NCBI GenBank assembly: GCA_951406725.2
Contig: OX597817.1
Span: 51,522,001-51,586,000, forward strand
Length of the DNA: 64,000 nt
Reading direction: 5' to 3'
Source: Octopus vulgaris
Lineage: Eukaryota
Shown here: positions 11,283 through 26,442 of the stretch, piece by piece
How the letters are laid out: every line of letters begins with the position of its first letter
Numbering within the stretch: the first letter of the stretch is position 1
Notes under the pieces: model-generated
What the model was told of the DNA's origin: nothing
Seen by the model: only the letters and a program-made list of their open reading frames with translations
The model's database searches: none
Made by a program: the position numbers and the translations under genes

Positions 11283-12018
11283 GAGAGATTATATATATAT
11301 TTTTAATAATATATTATTATTAATATCCGAAAATCAATATTAGAACATTCTTCGGAAAGATATATACGTGTGTAAAATAATTTTTTGTATTAAAAATATA
11401 AATATGTATAAAAATATATGTAAATATGTACAAGTGAAAATATATAGTGTGTATGACAGTTTAAATTTTTTTAATTAAGTATTTAAAGCATCTTACGATC
11501 GTTTCACATAAGTGATGTCCCTATAATGAAATCCTATATTGATAAGCATTTATAGTCAACTCCTCTCCTCTACAGAGATATAACATTTGAATTTTGTATA
11601 ACATACAAATTATATATCTCTGAAGAACAGAAGAGTTGTCTATATATGCTTATTAATATAGGCTCTCATTATAGGGACAACGCTTCTGTGAAACAATCGT
11701 AAGATGCTTTAAATAATTAATTCAAAACTTTTAAACCATCATATACATTATATATTTTTGCCTATATATATTTACATATATTTTTATACATATTTATATT
11801 TTAATACAACAATTACTTTAGACACGTATATATCTTTCTGAAGAATTTTCTAATATTGACTTCCGGATATTAATAATAATATATTATTAAAATATCTATA
11901 TATAATCGCTCGTATTAAATGTATAAATACTTTAATAGTATTAATACTTTGATACGATAGAGTACTCAATATAAATTCAGTATATAATATTCTCATTGAA
12001 TATATTTAACTAAAGATT
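11283..12018. mobile_element. About 630-bp imperfect palindrome carrying a hammerhead on each arm, plus a one-sided tail
   Basis: Arms about 11283-11590 and 11605-11910 are reverse complements; about 105-bp unpaired extension to the (TA)n. Confidence 0.85.
11616..11705 (+). ncRNA. Type-I hammerhead ribozyme with a long stem II
   Basis: atct CTGAAGA acagaagagttgtc...gacaacgcttctgt GAAA caatcg TA agat; mirror copy 11490-11579 (-) has CTGTAGA...GAAA cgatcg TA agat. Confidence 0.82.
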
Positions 12019-12459
12019 TATACATATATATATAGAGAGAGAGACAGGAAGACAGACAGACAGACAGACAGATAGACAGACCGACAGGTAGGCAGGCAGA
12101 CAGACAGTGACAGACACACAAATAGAAAGTAAAGACAGATATAATAAAGAGATGCATACATACACAACATATATATGTATTTTATGTATACATATATGCT
12201 TATATGTGTGTGTGTTTGTACACTCACAATCTCTACCCCCCCACTCTCTCTGTCGCTCTCCTTTATCTTTCAGTCTCCTCTCTCATTCTCTGTATGTACA
12301 TACATATATAAATACATAAATAATCGTATGCGTCAAGAAACAGGCACCTTGTTATTTGCCATCGAAACAAGGTGCATTCCAGAAATTTTGAAATTTATAT
12401 CAGGGACAGGCAGTTATACAGGTCGCAGATAATTGTAATTTTAATTTTACTATACATCT

Positions 12460-12839
12460 GGTGGAAACACTCCGTCGGTTACGACGACGAGGGCTCCGGT
12501 TGATCCGAATCAACGGAACAGCCTACTCGTGAAATTAACGTGTAAGTGTCTGAGCACTCCACAGACACATGTACCCTTAACGTAGTTCTCGGGGATATTC
12601 AGCGTGACACAGAGTGACAAGGCCGGCCCTTTGAAATACAGGTACAACAGAAACAGGAAGTAAGAGTGAGAGAAAGTTGTGGTGAAAGAGTACAGCAGGG
12701 ATCACCACCATCCCCTGCCGGAGACTCGTGGAGCTTTAGGTGTTTTCGCTCAATAAACACTCACAAACCCCGGGAATCGAAACCGCGATCCTATGACCGC
12801 GAGTCCGCTGCCCTAACCACTGGGCCATTGCGCCTCCAC
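12460..12839 (-). mobile_element. tRNA-derived SINE family C, tail type 1, with 12-bp TSD
   Basis: A-box tggcccagtgg, B-box ggtttcgattccc; tactatacatct at 12448-12459 and 12840-12851. Confidence 0.88.
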
Positions 12840-12880
12840 TACTATACATCTACTAAGCTGTTCTATATTTAAGAGATGAA

Positions 12881-13088
12881 AAGGCGGTGAACTGGCAGAA
12901 ATGTTAGCACGCTGGACGAAATGCTTAGCAGTATTTCGTCTGTCTTTATGTTCTGAGTTCAAATTCCGCCGAGACCAACTTTGCCTTTCATCCTATCGAT
13001 AAATTAAGTACCAGTTGCGTACTGTTGTCGATCTAATCGACTGGCCCCCTCCCCCAAAATTTCGGGTCTTGTGCCTGGAATAGAAAAG
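12881..13088 (+). mobile_element. SINE family B
   Basis: aggcggtgaactggcagaa...gagttcaaattccgcc...; many copies in the window. Confidence 0.8.
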
Positions 13089-13267
13089 TATATTTTTGAA
13101 GGAGACAGCTGTAACAGCACTTTGAATGGCAAAAGCCTAATCAACTTTCCAGTTGATCTACATTATGTGTTATATTTGTCTTTTCGTGATATGAAGGGTG
13201 AATCGTAGAATTTCTAATATTCACACATTACACGATTAGACGACCGTATTCATAATATATAACTACG

Positions 13268-13578
13268 GGGGAAGCACGTTGCTTAGTGATTGTGATATTC
13301 AGCTTACAAACGTAAAGTCGTGAGTTCAATTCCTCGCGGCACATTGTGTCCTTAAGCAAGACACTTTATTTCATATTGCTCCAATCCGATCAACAAGTGG
13401 TACCTTAATTCATAATGCAAAATCTTGTTACATTCATTGTCACGCTGAATCTCCCTGAGAATTATGTTAAGGGTGCATGTGACTGTGGAGTGCTCAACTA
13501 CTTGCACATTAATTTCACTGGCAGGCTGCTCTGTGGGTCAAAGCAACAGGAACCCTCTTCGTCGTAACCGACGGAGTA
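13268..13578 (+). mobile_element. Decayed SINE (head D, tail type 1)
   Basis: Similar to 54408-54737; tail shared with 12460-12650. Confidence 0.65.
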
Positions 13579-13654
13579 ACAATACAGTGTATTGCTACGG
13601 TGAACATTTATATTATTTACATATTCATATATTATTCGCTTTGTTCTTAAGAAG

Positions 13655-14200
13655 GTGACCCCAAGGGGGTGACGTCTGGCATGTTAGGTGGCCAGATGTT
13701 AGGGGTGATGTCGCAGAAATTGTCTAACAACCATTATTGGATTCTCCTGCTTTCGTGGCATTGTGCAAAGTCCTGTTCTTCCAGTAGCCACCCTCTTCAC
13801 CCAGGGCAGCACTACCTCCTCCAGGCTCCTGATGTAGGTCTCCGTTTCGAGTTTGAGGCTGTGTGGGAAGATGAATGGAGGCATAACGTCTCCATCACTA
13901 GGGATCACTCCAGACACCATGAAGTTGACTGGATGTTCCATTATTATTATTCTCGGTACATGCACTATCCTCAGATTTACACCTAAACGCTCTGAAATGT
14001 TGGTATTGGACCTGCCGGTGCAAAAGCCAAGCACTACAGCATATCGTTTTCAGAGTGAATTGTGTCATGGCACTGTTTTTCTCACAGAGGGTGCCCAACC
14101 GACCCTCCTATACTAGGTAGTCAACAAAGCCTAAAATCATACAATGTGCATGCATGAAATAAAATATAAAATGGCGACAATTTAAGCATCGCTAATTCGA
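13655..14200 (-). mobile_element. Tc1/mariner-superfamily (maT-like) transposase relic
   Basis: HPVNFMVSGVIPSDGDVMPPFIFPHSLKL...LEEVVLPWVK and ITPNIWPPN. Confidence 0.7.
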
Positions 14201-14532
14201 CCTTAATCAAAAGACACCTATTGTTAATGTCCTGTTGTTTGTATTTGTATTCGTGTATATTTCTCCGTATATTTCGTCCTTGTTTTCGTATACATTCGCT
14301 TGCTTTTTTCCAAAGAATCTAGTGATCTTAGCTTAGATTTACTTGGGACCGGCCAGATTGGAGCAGTCTCGAGTGTAACCGGCCGAAACTGCAACGACGA
14401 TCTGGAATTCAACTGAAGACAGACAGCTCCGAATTACTCAATGACTCGTTTTTTTCCTGTCCTTTTTTAGATCACCTAACTGTCCGGATGTTTTGCTGTC
14501 GTTTGTTTCGTTCTTGTTCCATTTTCTGTTTT

Positions 14533-14602
<70 letters not shown>

Positions 14603-15318
14603 ATGTGTGTGTGTGTGTGTGAGTGTGTATGTATGTATATATATATCTGTCTATATATATATATATATGTATGTATGTATATTGGCATATACAGGTGCTT
14701 ACACTTACCAAGTATTCCCTCTAAACTTACAGTACCTATATCTATATCTATCTATCTATCTATATTATATATATATATATATATATATGGCAAGTTATAT
14801 CAGAAAAAAAATTACCGAAGATGATGAACCTGAAACCTTTTGTCTGAAAAGCGAGCTTGGTAACTACATAGCCATGCCTGTGTCAATATTCAATTACAAA
14901 ACTTATCGTTCGTAAAGAAAATTATGAAATTTATTTATATCTAGCACTATCAAATGCGACCATCCTTCTTGAAGTCCATAACATTTGGTCTCACAGAAAT
15001 TTGGTTACTTTTTCTAGCAGGCCGACCAATGAGGAACATAAACCCTCATCGGATCATCACACGATGGATTCTACGCTGGTGCCTTACCGTACGCATATGA
15101 GCCAACACTAACGCATTGGTTACTTTCACTTTCACATTTGCGATATTGTAGAGAAACATTAATAATGTACAGTAGACGCGACTATCAACTATATCCGTGT
15201 ACATTAGGGAAAATAATGTTATTTTCTTTAGCAAATAAAAGAAAACTTCGCAAACTGCACTAAAGATATTTATTGCCGAAAAGCCATAAAATTACACACA
15301 CACACACGCGTATATATG

Positions 15319-15369
<51 letters not shown>

Positions 15370-15487
15370 GTATACACACACACACATATATATATATGTA
15401 CATATACATATGTATATGTATAAATAAATATATATATATATATATATACATATATAAATATACATGTATATATATATTATTTATATA

Positions 15488-15542
<55 letters not shown>

Positions 15543-16577
15543 GCACACGTACGCATACCCGCATGTTCATACAGAATCGCGTTCATACACGCAAATAAAT
15601 TCTTCCCTGACTCTCCGTTTCTATCTCTCATTCCTTCCCTCTCTCTCCTTCTCATGCTTTCTCTGTATTTCTTTACATGTGTGTGTGTGTGCGTTGCCTG
15701 TATGTGCACGTATATGATTGCATGCGTGTGTGTGTGTGTGTGTGTGTGCGTGTGCCGATCTGTGTTTTCATCTGGGTGTGTGCGCGCGCATGCAAAATTG
15801 TTTACCAGAACACCTCATTAATGCGTATAGTGCCTGATCGTCTTATACATACATATATGTGTGTGAGTGTGTTTCTGTATTCGTGTGTGTTTGTGTGTGT
15901 ATTTTGTGAATGAGTTTCTATGCATATAGCTAGATAAACATACAAACATGTATATCTACATATACATACACAATTATAGAAATAAATATATATGTATGTG
16001 TATATGTGTGCATATATGCATACGTACATATATGTATATATATATATATATATTTATACATATATGTATATATATACACATATACATACACTCACGTGTC
16101 TGGAGAAATATTATTTAGGTTAAATTAGTAGAGAGAAGACACCCCTGGAGAGAAGCAAGTCTGACAATAAGACCAGAGATACAATAGAAATAAGAAGAGT
16201 ATCAATGGCCACAGCCACGACAACAGCAACAATAACAACTACAACAACAACAACATTAACAAGAACAATAGCAACAACGGCAACTGTATAAAATATAATA
16301 ACAGTGCAATTTCCTACATAAGTCAGAAAACAATGTATATATACGTATGTGTATATGTATATATGTGTTTATGTATGTGTGTGTGTGTATATGTATATAA
16401 TATGTATATATATATGGGTGTGTGTGTGTGTGTGTGTGTATGAAGATGTAATTAAGTTGGTAGAAACGAGTAAAAACATGTATGCGTTACAAAAATGAAA
16501 TCAGTTATAAAACGAAAATGGTTCACTCAGATTTTTTTGTTCTTCTAATAGCAAGTGGAAGAAAATATTACAGAAAT

Positions 16578-16659
<82 letters not shown>

Positions 16660-16708
16660 AATATATATATATATGTATGTATGTATATGTATACGTATAT
16701 ATATATGT

Positions 16709-16775
<67 letters not shown>

Positions 16776-17274
16776 GTAATGGACTGGTCAAAAATGGCGT
16801 TAAAACAAAATAGTTCATTTGAATACGTGTAGTAAAAGTTAGAACGGGGAAAGTAAAGAAATATCTTTAAGCAACTGTAACAACAACATGATGGTGTTAT
16901 TTGAAGACATAAGGAAAAATATCTGAGACTTAATACGTTTTTGATAAACAATTGTGCGGATGATCTCAAATTAGGTGTTAATGAAATAATAACAATATAC
17001 ATAATAATATACTTCTATAAAAATACATACTATTAGTATTTATGATAATAATAATAATGGTTTCAAATTTTGCCACAAGGGCAGCAATTTTGGGGGTGCG
17101 TATGAGTCGATTACATCGACCCCAGTGTTCAAATGCTACTTATTTTATCGACCAAGGAATCATGAAAGGCAAAGGTGACCTCCGCGGAATTGTCTCTAAG
17201 CATTTTGCCCGGTGTGCTAACGTTTCTACCAGTTCGCCACCTTATTCAAGATAATATTAATAATAATAATAGTA

Positions 17275-17321
<47 letters not shown>

Positions 17322-17323
17322 CA

Positions 17324-17334
<11 letters not shown>

Positions 17335-17358
<24 letters not shown>

Positions 17359-17960
17359 TGCATACCATCAAAGTGACCCTGTGATACAAATATACGAAGT
17401 CCAGTTTACCCAGTTAAGATCAGTTAAGATCAGAAGCCATGAGAGCTATTGCCTGGTACTGCATCAGGGCATTTACTATCATTATTATTATTGAGTGAGA
17501 GAGCAGTGCACGTCATCAAAGTGACACTGGGTTAAAATATACGAAGCCCAGTATAGCCATCATGACTACCCGTCTGATAAGAGTAAACCAGGAACATGCC
17601 TCACAATCATATGTGCGCGACATGGTGATCTCATACCAAGATAAACAATTCATGACCTTGCAGGTGGGGCTCGGATAGAATTTTCTTCAGTTCGAGTACC
17701 CGATCCCACTCAAAACGTCCCTGAATGGGGTTTGTTAAATGATGATGAACGAAACATCCATGTTTCCAGAGATGAATTATTCAAACTGCAAAGAAGTCTC
17801 CAGCTACTTCCGATCGTCCTCCAAAGGACATGCTCAACTGACAAACAGATCTGTGGCATTGAGCAGAATATTTACTGTAACCCCATCTTTTATACCAAGA
17901 CAAGACAATTTCCAATCAGTTAAGATCAAAACCCATGAGATTATACTTTTAAAGCCGGTT
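17335..17960. repeat. Two related non-coding repeat copies (short deleted copy 17335-17475, longer copy 17493-17960) embedded in (ATT)n/(TAA)n
   Basis: Shared catcaaagtgac...aaatatacgaag and cagttaagatca...ccatgaga segments. Confidence 0.6.
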
Positions 17961-17978
17961 TACATAATAATAATAATG

Positions 17979-18076
<98 letters not shown>

Positions 18077-18770
18077 CAGAGGCTACGGAGCTCAGGGATA
18101 AAAGCAGAGTGAAGGCTTTATCTTGGTTGCCCAAAGTCAGAACTTACTGACCCAGAACTATCAAGCCAATATGATAAAAAAAGGTGTAGACCCAAAGTGC
18201 CGATATTACAACGATGGGATAGATACAATGGATCACCTAATCTATGGATGTAAAGGTTTTAGCAGTTGTAGAGTACAAATCAAGACACGACAGAGTTGGC
18301 CAATATCTACATTGGATAATGTGTCAGCATTATAAAATCAAAACTGCTGACAAATTGTACAATCACCACCTTCAGGTTGTAAGCGAGGGAGAAAATGTAA
18401 CTATTCTTTGGGACTTTCCAGTATGTACAGACCCGACCATCAAAGCAAATGAACCAGATATTGCTGTGAAAGACCACAACAATAAATTCTGTTTATTCGT
18501 TGACATGAACATACCTTGTGACCATAATATCTCGGCCAAAGAATTTAATAAGCTCAGAAATTATAAAGATTTGCTAATCGAAATCGAAAAGATGTGGCAT
18601 CTCAAGACGGTTACAATACCATTGATTGTAGTAGCACTTGGAATGACCAAAAAAAGGAACTAAATATTATTTAAGAATAATCCCTGACTTACCATTCATG
18701 CAGGAAGTGCAAAAGATTGTCTTAACTGGTAATTCACACGTATTGAGAAGAACATTGTCACTGTGAATTT
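18077..18770 (+). mobile_element. R4/Dong-clade LINE 3' fragment (decayed Zn knuckle + restriction-like endonuclease)
   Basis: KCRY...TMDHLIYGCK, YKSRHDRV, ILWDF...KANEPDI, KYKDL-like RNYKDL, TIPLIVVALG; frameshifted; abuts a (TTA)n tract. Confidence 0.85.
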
Positions 18771-19832
18771 CCTTTCTTTTTCCAGGTTTATTTCATTTGT
18801 TTACTTTTCTATGTTTATCAGACTTAATCCGTTTGTTAGTCTTTGTTTGTCTCCTCTGTGTTTAGCCCCTTGTGGATAGTAAAGAAATAGGTATTTCGTC
18901 TGTCTTTACGTTCTGAGTTCAAATTCCGCCGGGGCTGACTTTGCCTTTCATCCTTTTGGGGTCGATAAGTTAAGTACCAGTTGCGTAATGGGGTCGATCT
19001 AATCGAGTGAACCCCTCACAAAATGTTTCGGGCTTTGTGCCTAGAGTAGAAAAGAATAACTCTATTGTAGGGAAATATGTTGAATAAAATCATAACTAAC
19101 TGATCTGCCTGAATTTACTTTTAGCTAAAGCCAGGAAATTTGCAGGACCCTTCGTATATTACATAATCTATCGTCAAGATAGTTTAACAATAGATTCACA
19201 GGGTTTCGATAATTATAAAAATATAACAATTAGCTCTATACTCATTACACTGAGTGCTCATCACTTTAACAGACGCAAACTGATTGAATCGGTATGTATA
19301 TTTCTACTTGTGTACGAGTGAGAGTATGTGCGTGTGTGGGCGAGAGAGAGAGAGAGAGTGGGTGTATGCGTGTGTGGAGCGAGGGGTGTGTCTATGTAGG
19401 TGGCTGTTTTTGTTTAGATACAAAATACGGCCATTTACTTTCTGTCTTTTGAGCCCTTGTTCATATTTGTCCATCTTTAATTTTTCTCAGGTGTCGATGT
19501 CGCTAAAATTATTATCTCTGATCTTTTAGAGAAGAATTTTAGCCAGTTATTATTCCCAAATATGTAGACTTGTGTCTGAGCTAGAACACATTTCATGTGG
19601 CATATGATATGTTAAGTTCCAGCATTTTGAAAAAAAAACAAAATATCAATGTGAAAAACAAACTTCATATTATTATTATTATTATTATTATTAATATTAT
19701 GTGATAACTTTCAATAAAATCATTATCAACTAAAAGAAAACAAAACGAAATGCATACTTCCATCTTTAAAACGTGTGTGTGTGTGTGTGTATCTGTGTAT
19801 GCCTATATATAAATGGATATATGAAATATATA

Positions 19833-19902
<70 letters not shown>

Positions 19903-20364
19903 TGTATATATCTATATATGTAAAGATGTAGAAGTATGTACATGTGTATGTATATATATACATATATATCCATATCCATATATAAATATCCATACATATA
20001 TTGCGCGTGCGCATGTGAGTGTGTGTGCGTGTGTGAGTGTGTTTGTGTCTTTCTCTGTGTGTGTGTGTGTGTGTGTGTGTTTGTGTGCAACGATGTAAGC
20101 TAGAGACAAGCGGAAAAAAGCGGATAATGTCAATGTAATCGCAAAGAAATTTAAGTTGTAAATATTAAATTATATTTGAAATGAAGAAATTGAAAATATA
20201 TTAGGAATATTTATGGTAATTGTCGACCAGGTAAGTAAACGCATTCCTTAAACGAAATGTCTTGAAACAGAAATGCGAGAAGAGATAAAAAGTGAATAGA
20301 AACGATCATGAATGCCAAAGTCATTGGCAGTGCATATGAGTGCGAATATCTATCTATCTATTTA

Positions 20365-20446
<82 letters not shown>

Positions 20447-20507
20447 AATACATATAGATATATTATGTGTATATATATATATATACACATAAATACATAT
20501 AGATATA

Positions 20508-20538
<31 letters not shown>

Positions 20539-21133
20539 CATACATATACATATATACAAACATATACATATATATACATACACATATATACATATATATA
20601 TACATACACATATATACATACACATATATACAAACATATACATATATACATATATACATATGTATATATCTGTATATGTATATACATACATATATATATA
20701 TAGATAGATATACAGAGATATACATAGATAATAGATATACCCATACGTATTCATACATACATACACAAACACACACACACACATTCACATATATATATGT
20801 GTGTGTGTGTGAGTGAGAGAGAGAGAGAGGGAGAGTATATTCTTGTGTACGTTCGCGTATTTCTCGTTACTAACTTATGTATAATTTCTAGAGAATTATA
20901 ACTGCAAGGCTAATGACACCAGCAAAATATCTATTGACGATAAGAATTTTAATTAAATTATATTTTCATATTTTGATCAATTCAAAATTTACATTTGTTC
21001 TGTATGATTTATGCTAAAGATATATGTAAAAATCGAATTATTTTGCCTTATCGCTAAAACGTAGCCAACATAAATTCTTGCTAATATACATACATTATAA
21101 ATGCATGTGTGTGCATGTGTGTGTGCATGTAGG

Positions 21134-21177
<44 letters not shown>

Positions 21178-21241
21178 ATATGTGTATATATATATATACA
21201 GACACATACACACAAACAGACATATAGAAAGACAGAAGAAT

Positions 21242-21334
<93 letters not shown>

Positions 21335-21600
21335 GGGATAAGAAATCGAATTCACAAGATGCTTTATGCAACTCTACTACAATTGTTTCGACTCATCTGT
21401 AACTCACAGGTGATATGGTGTACAATCAATTGTCTGGCATCATAGGTGCAAAAGCAGGTGTTTGTTTCAAAATCCACCTGTAGCTCTGGTGCAAAACAAC
21501 TTATTGTGCAGCATCTCAGCTGTGAAGTACTGATACAGGATGAGTCGAAACAGTAGTTGTGGTTTGAATAAAAAAATATTTCTCAATTCTATTTTCTGTC
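21335..21600. repeat. Decayed fold-back retaining hammerhead 3' halves
   Basis: tacaattgtttcgactcatc ... gatgagtcgaaacagtagt; minus arm reads GAAA caattg TA. Confidence 0.55.
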
Positions 21601-21729
21601 TGTGATCTACTTATATAATCTCCATGGTTACCATGGAATTCCTGAAATAAATCCGAATCGTATGCACCCTTACTGGTATTGACATCAAGCAGCCGGTACC
21701 TGTACGTGCTTTAGACAGCATACTAGGGT

Positions 21730-21862
21730 TTATACTTTGTAAGCTTAGTATTTATTCTATCGGTCTCTTTTGCCAAACCACTATGTTGCAAGGACATAAA
21801 CACACCAGCATCGGTTGTGAAGCGATGGTAGCGGAAACAAACACAAACAAAGGCATTCATAC

Positions 21863-21917
<55 letters not shown>

Positions 21918-22100
21918 GACGGGCTTATTTATGTTTCCGTCTATCATATCCACTCACAAGGCTCTGGTTGGCTCGCGGGTATAGTAGAAAACACTTTTCC
22001 AAGGTCGCATGCAATGGGACTGAACCTGGAGCCAAGTGGTTGGGAAGCAAGGTTCTTACCGCTCAGCCACGTCTGCGCCTTCACACAGCCATACCTGCGC
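21730..22100 (-). mobile_element. SINE family A
   Basis: Similarity to other copies in the window. Confidence 0.75.
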
Positions 22101-22294
22101 CTATACATACATTCATACATATAAACACACACATATATATTTATATATATATCGCTTTTGGATTTGGTTTGCAAATTTGGTTTGAGTGTGTTAAATTATA
22201 AAGCACAAAAAGAAAATACATCTCCCTAGACACAACAGTATATATATAATATATATATATTATATTATATATAATATATAAATATATATTATAT

Positions 22295-22348
<54 letters not shown>

Positions 22349-22385
22349 TATATATTATATTATATATATATTATATATATATATA

Positions 22386-22447
<62 letters not shown>

Positions 22448-22579
22448 TTATATATATATATATATATAATATATATATATAATATATATATATATTATAT
22501 TATATATAATATATATATATATATTATATTATATAAAATATATTATATAAAATATATATATATATATATTATATTATAT

Positions 22580-22684
<105 letters not shown>

Positions 22685-22689
22685 ACAGC

Positions 22690-23435
22690 TTGAAAGTTGC
22701 TGACTATTCAATAAAACTGTGTAATGAAATTATTGTTAGGAACTATTTCGGAAGAAGTCTTCTTATGGCGTAGATTGTGTGTAAGCGCTTTCGTTATTTA
22801 ACTTTTCAAAGATGCGTGTTCTGGGATAATCCGTATATTTTTTTAGTAAATGTGTGGTCTATTTCCATTATAGTTTCAGATTTTGAATTCTTATAATATA
22901 TTATTTTGCCTTCTGTATTTGATAATTTTCGTCTTTTATTTTATGAATATCTTGAGTTTTCTATTTCCGCAAACGTCAGTAAGTTTACTCCACGGGACAT
23001 TTCTAAGAGATGAATTTTTAATTTGTTGTTTGTGCACATTCACATGACTGGCTGGTTTTCTTTCTATTTCTCATTTGTAATTCTCGTTGCATGTTAGGCA
23101 TGTATATATCAGCAGTTGAGATTTTTTCGTTTTGCAATTCATGGTTTTATACCCATTCTGTTCCTTCCCTTTCTAGAATCTTTTGCTTGTTTCTTGTTGC
23201 AAAACCGTCCTACGCATTCCTACAATAAGCGTCTACAGAGTTTGTTGCTTGCATTTTTCCTTTCTCCTATGTGAATATCGCCCTTTTTAGAAGTCTTTTT
23301 GAAACTTGGCGGTTGTCTTCGGCTGTTAATAATTGATGTGTTTATTAATTCGGTGATTGGTGTAAAATTGAGAGGTGTCGTTTGGTCGAATGTAAAATTA
23401 TTGATAACTACAAATGGAACATCCATATTTCCCGT
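22690..23435 (-). mobile_element. Degenerate Neptune-type PLE remnant (thumb/linker + GIY-YIG)
   Basis: VPFVV...IINSRRQPPSFKK, MNCKTKNL and VHKQQIKNSSLRNVP...VCGNRKLKIF align by eye with the 2648-3724 protein. Confidence 0.7.
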
Positions 23436-24476
23436 AACATACCAATTCAGCAAAAAACGACCGCGAGAATAAGTACCAGGCTTAAATTCTTTTGAATATA
23501 ATTCTTCAAGACGCAGTCCTAGCATGGCCGTTGTTTAATGACTGAAAGTAGTAAGAGATAATAGATATTCTGCAGTCCCATGGATGCCGCAGACATAAAT
23601 GATTTGCCTTTCCTTCTTGGCGAATCTACGAGTTCAGAGGTGGTAAGAATTCGGTGAGAATTGTGCCACCGGAGGGGACGATTTGAGGATTCTCCCTATG
23701 TGGAAGAGGAATTTTTGGCCTGTTCCACAAAGGAGGAGAAATCCAAAAAATGATCAAAAAGTTTAATAAAAAAGGTCGAAGGGAAGGGATTCTTACCTGT
23801 ACCAAGTACACTGATTAGAGACAAATTTGTTCGAGGTAATGGAGTCCTCCCCCGAAGACACATTCCGTTTCATGCTGAAGCACCCCAAACTAGACTCATC
23901 TAGGTGCTTGAGTGAAGCATTGAGCCTGATCGGGTGACGGCGGGGCGGAAAAATTAAGAGGCTTAGTGCTGCTTATTGTGTATCAACATTAAAGTAAGAG
24001 ATTTAATGCCTCGGTCTGTTATTATCTTTTTTTGAGTTTATTGTTTCTAAGAGGCTCAGCGCCTCAATTTATAATGAACTATGGAACTAAAGTAAGAGGT
24101 TTAATACCTCGTATTGTTTTTACTGTGTACAAAAAAAAAATGTTTTAGAGAAGCAAAAAAATCGGCGGACGTCTGTCTTCTCCCATCAATATCATCCTTT
24201 TTTCATCATTCATATCATCAATGTTTTTGTCCAGCCCGCAAGCTACTCCCTCTGTGTTATGCCTTTACGGCCAAATTTTTAAATAAAGTGTGCTTGGGAA
24301 CAAGTGTTTTGCTTCTGGAAACAGTCCAGGCACTTTACGGGTGGTTAAATTACTCTCTCTTCAATAACATCGATCCACAGCGAAAGAGGTAAGCCAAACT
24401 TTTGATGCTGTGCAGGTTGCTGTGTTGTTTTTTTTTTTCTATGAATGAAGTTGATGTTAACACCGCTTAAGTTTTT

Positions 24477-24900
24477 ACCTTTTACTTGTTTCAATTATTA
24501 GAATGCGGTCATGCTGGGGCACCGCCTTCAAAGATTTTAGTCGTTCAGATCGAATACAATACTGATTGGATTAAAGTCTAGTACTTGTTAGATCGGTTCA
24601 TTTACCGAAATGCTATGCTGAAGGGACGTAAACAAACTAACTCCTGTTGTCAAGCGGTGGGCCAGAGCGAACACAGGCACAAAGGCACACACAGGCACAT
24701 ACATAAGCATATATATAAACATATCTATACATACATATATATATATACATATTAATTTAAAGAAAACAAAACATATATATCTATATATACATGCGTATGT
24801 ACGTACATATACACCACGGGATTCCTCAGGCTTTCCGTCTACCAAATTAATTCACCAGGCGTTGATCGACCCAGGGTTATCGCGGGAGAAACTTGCCCAA
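24477..24900 (-). mobile_element. SINE family A, decayed
   Basis: Similarity to other copies. Confidence 0.7.
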
Positions 24901-25463
24901 GTCTCAAGTCAATCTCACAACGTGATATTCAGTGAGACTTCCTGGAGATTTTGTTTTAACTATTGTCGACAGTCCTCTTTTTTCCTTCCACCAAAATTTT
25001 GCTTTCTTTTACACTTATTTTTCATATCTTATTGTTAACGTGCATGTTGTTCTCGTAAACTTCCATTGATTTATTTTCAATTCTTGTTGGTTTGTTGCTG
25101 TCGCTAAGGTTTTATTTCCTACAATTCTTGTTTAATCTGTACTTCGTTTTGTTTTGTTTCTAGTCTCCGTTGTTTCACCATCTCTTCTTATTTCGTTTCT
25201 TTCTTTTCAATGCATATTTACGAATAGTGCTGTCATTTTGTTTGCGAAATATATATTTAATATATAGGTAAAATAACTGTATTTACCGAAAATAGCTCTT
25301 CATGAAACTATGCAGGCCTATCATTACGTTATACACATATATACAAAAACGCACGGACCATGGAGTATATGTAGATCTGTTATATGGTCATGTTATTAAA
25401 CACATCTGAAAAAACAAAGACACAAACACATTTATATATATATAGATATAGATATAGATATAT

Positions 25464-25512
<49 letters not shown>

Positions 25513-25580
25513 TATAATAGGAATATAGGTATAGAGATAGATATGTATGTGTATGTTTACATACATGTATGCATCTGTGC

Positions 25581-25619
<39 letters not shown>

Positions 25620-25647
25620 TATATATATATGTGTGTATATTTACATA

Positions 25648-25690
<43 letters not shown>

Positions 25691-25807
25691 ATATACACAT
25701 ACATACATATATATATGTGGGTGGGTGGGGGTAGGGGTGCAAGCTCTCCGTTTCTTTCCACCTCTGTCTGGCGTACATACTTATATACGTATACATGCGT
25801 GCGTGTG

Positions 25808-25853
<46 letters not shown>

Positions 25854-26394
25854 CTTACACCCATACATATATATAAATTCGCATATGCACATATACACAC
25901 AGACATGCATGCCTCACTCTGTGTGTGCCTGTGTGCGCGCGTTTGCGTTTGTGTGAGTATGTGTGCGTTTTTGTGTCTGTATGTCTGTCTGATACGGTCA
26001 TTAATTGCGTAAGCTAAGGAGATTGACGTAAGCCACCCAAATATCTATCTGCCTCCGAAATGTATTATTCACACTCACACACACACAAACAAACAAGACC
26101 ATTCACAGACACATTCCACCAAACAAACAAACACCAAAAGCAACAAAAGTCACATAATATTCGCTGCTGTTAATCCAGTCTGTCAGAAGAACCAATTATT
26201 ATGATGTAAGACACTTAATTTAAGAAGTCTGACAAAAGACGATGAGAGACAAAGAAACAAATCTATGCTACATCGCATACTAAAATACTTCCTCAGTCGC
26301 TTAAACATCTCGGAAACCTTTTATAATGAAATATAATTACTTTTATAAATTAAAAAGTTCATACCTTTATTTTAAACCCGATATCTATTTATCA

Positions 26395-26442
<48 letters not shown>

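Noticed and set aside
12760-12839. tRNA-like sequences with A/B boxes
   Set aside because: These are SINE heads continuing into SINE bodies with TSDs, not tRNA genes
14340-14435. Hairpin + GAAA and a separate CTGAAGA in a (TA)n-flanked repeat
   Set aside because: The halves are in the wrong order or non-canonical, and I could not build a full hammerhead
17410-17472. Short resemblance to U2 snRNA segments
   Set aside because: The matches are short and on conflicting strands
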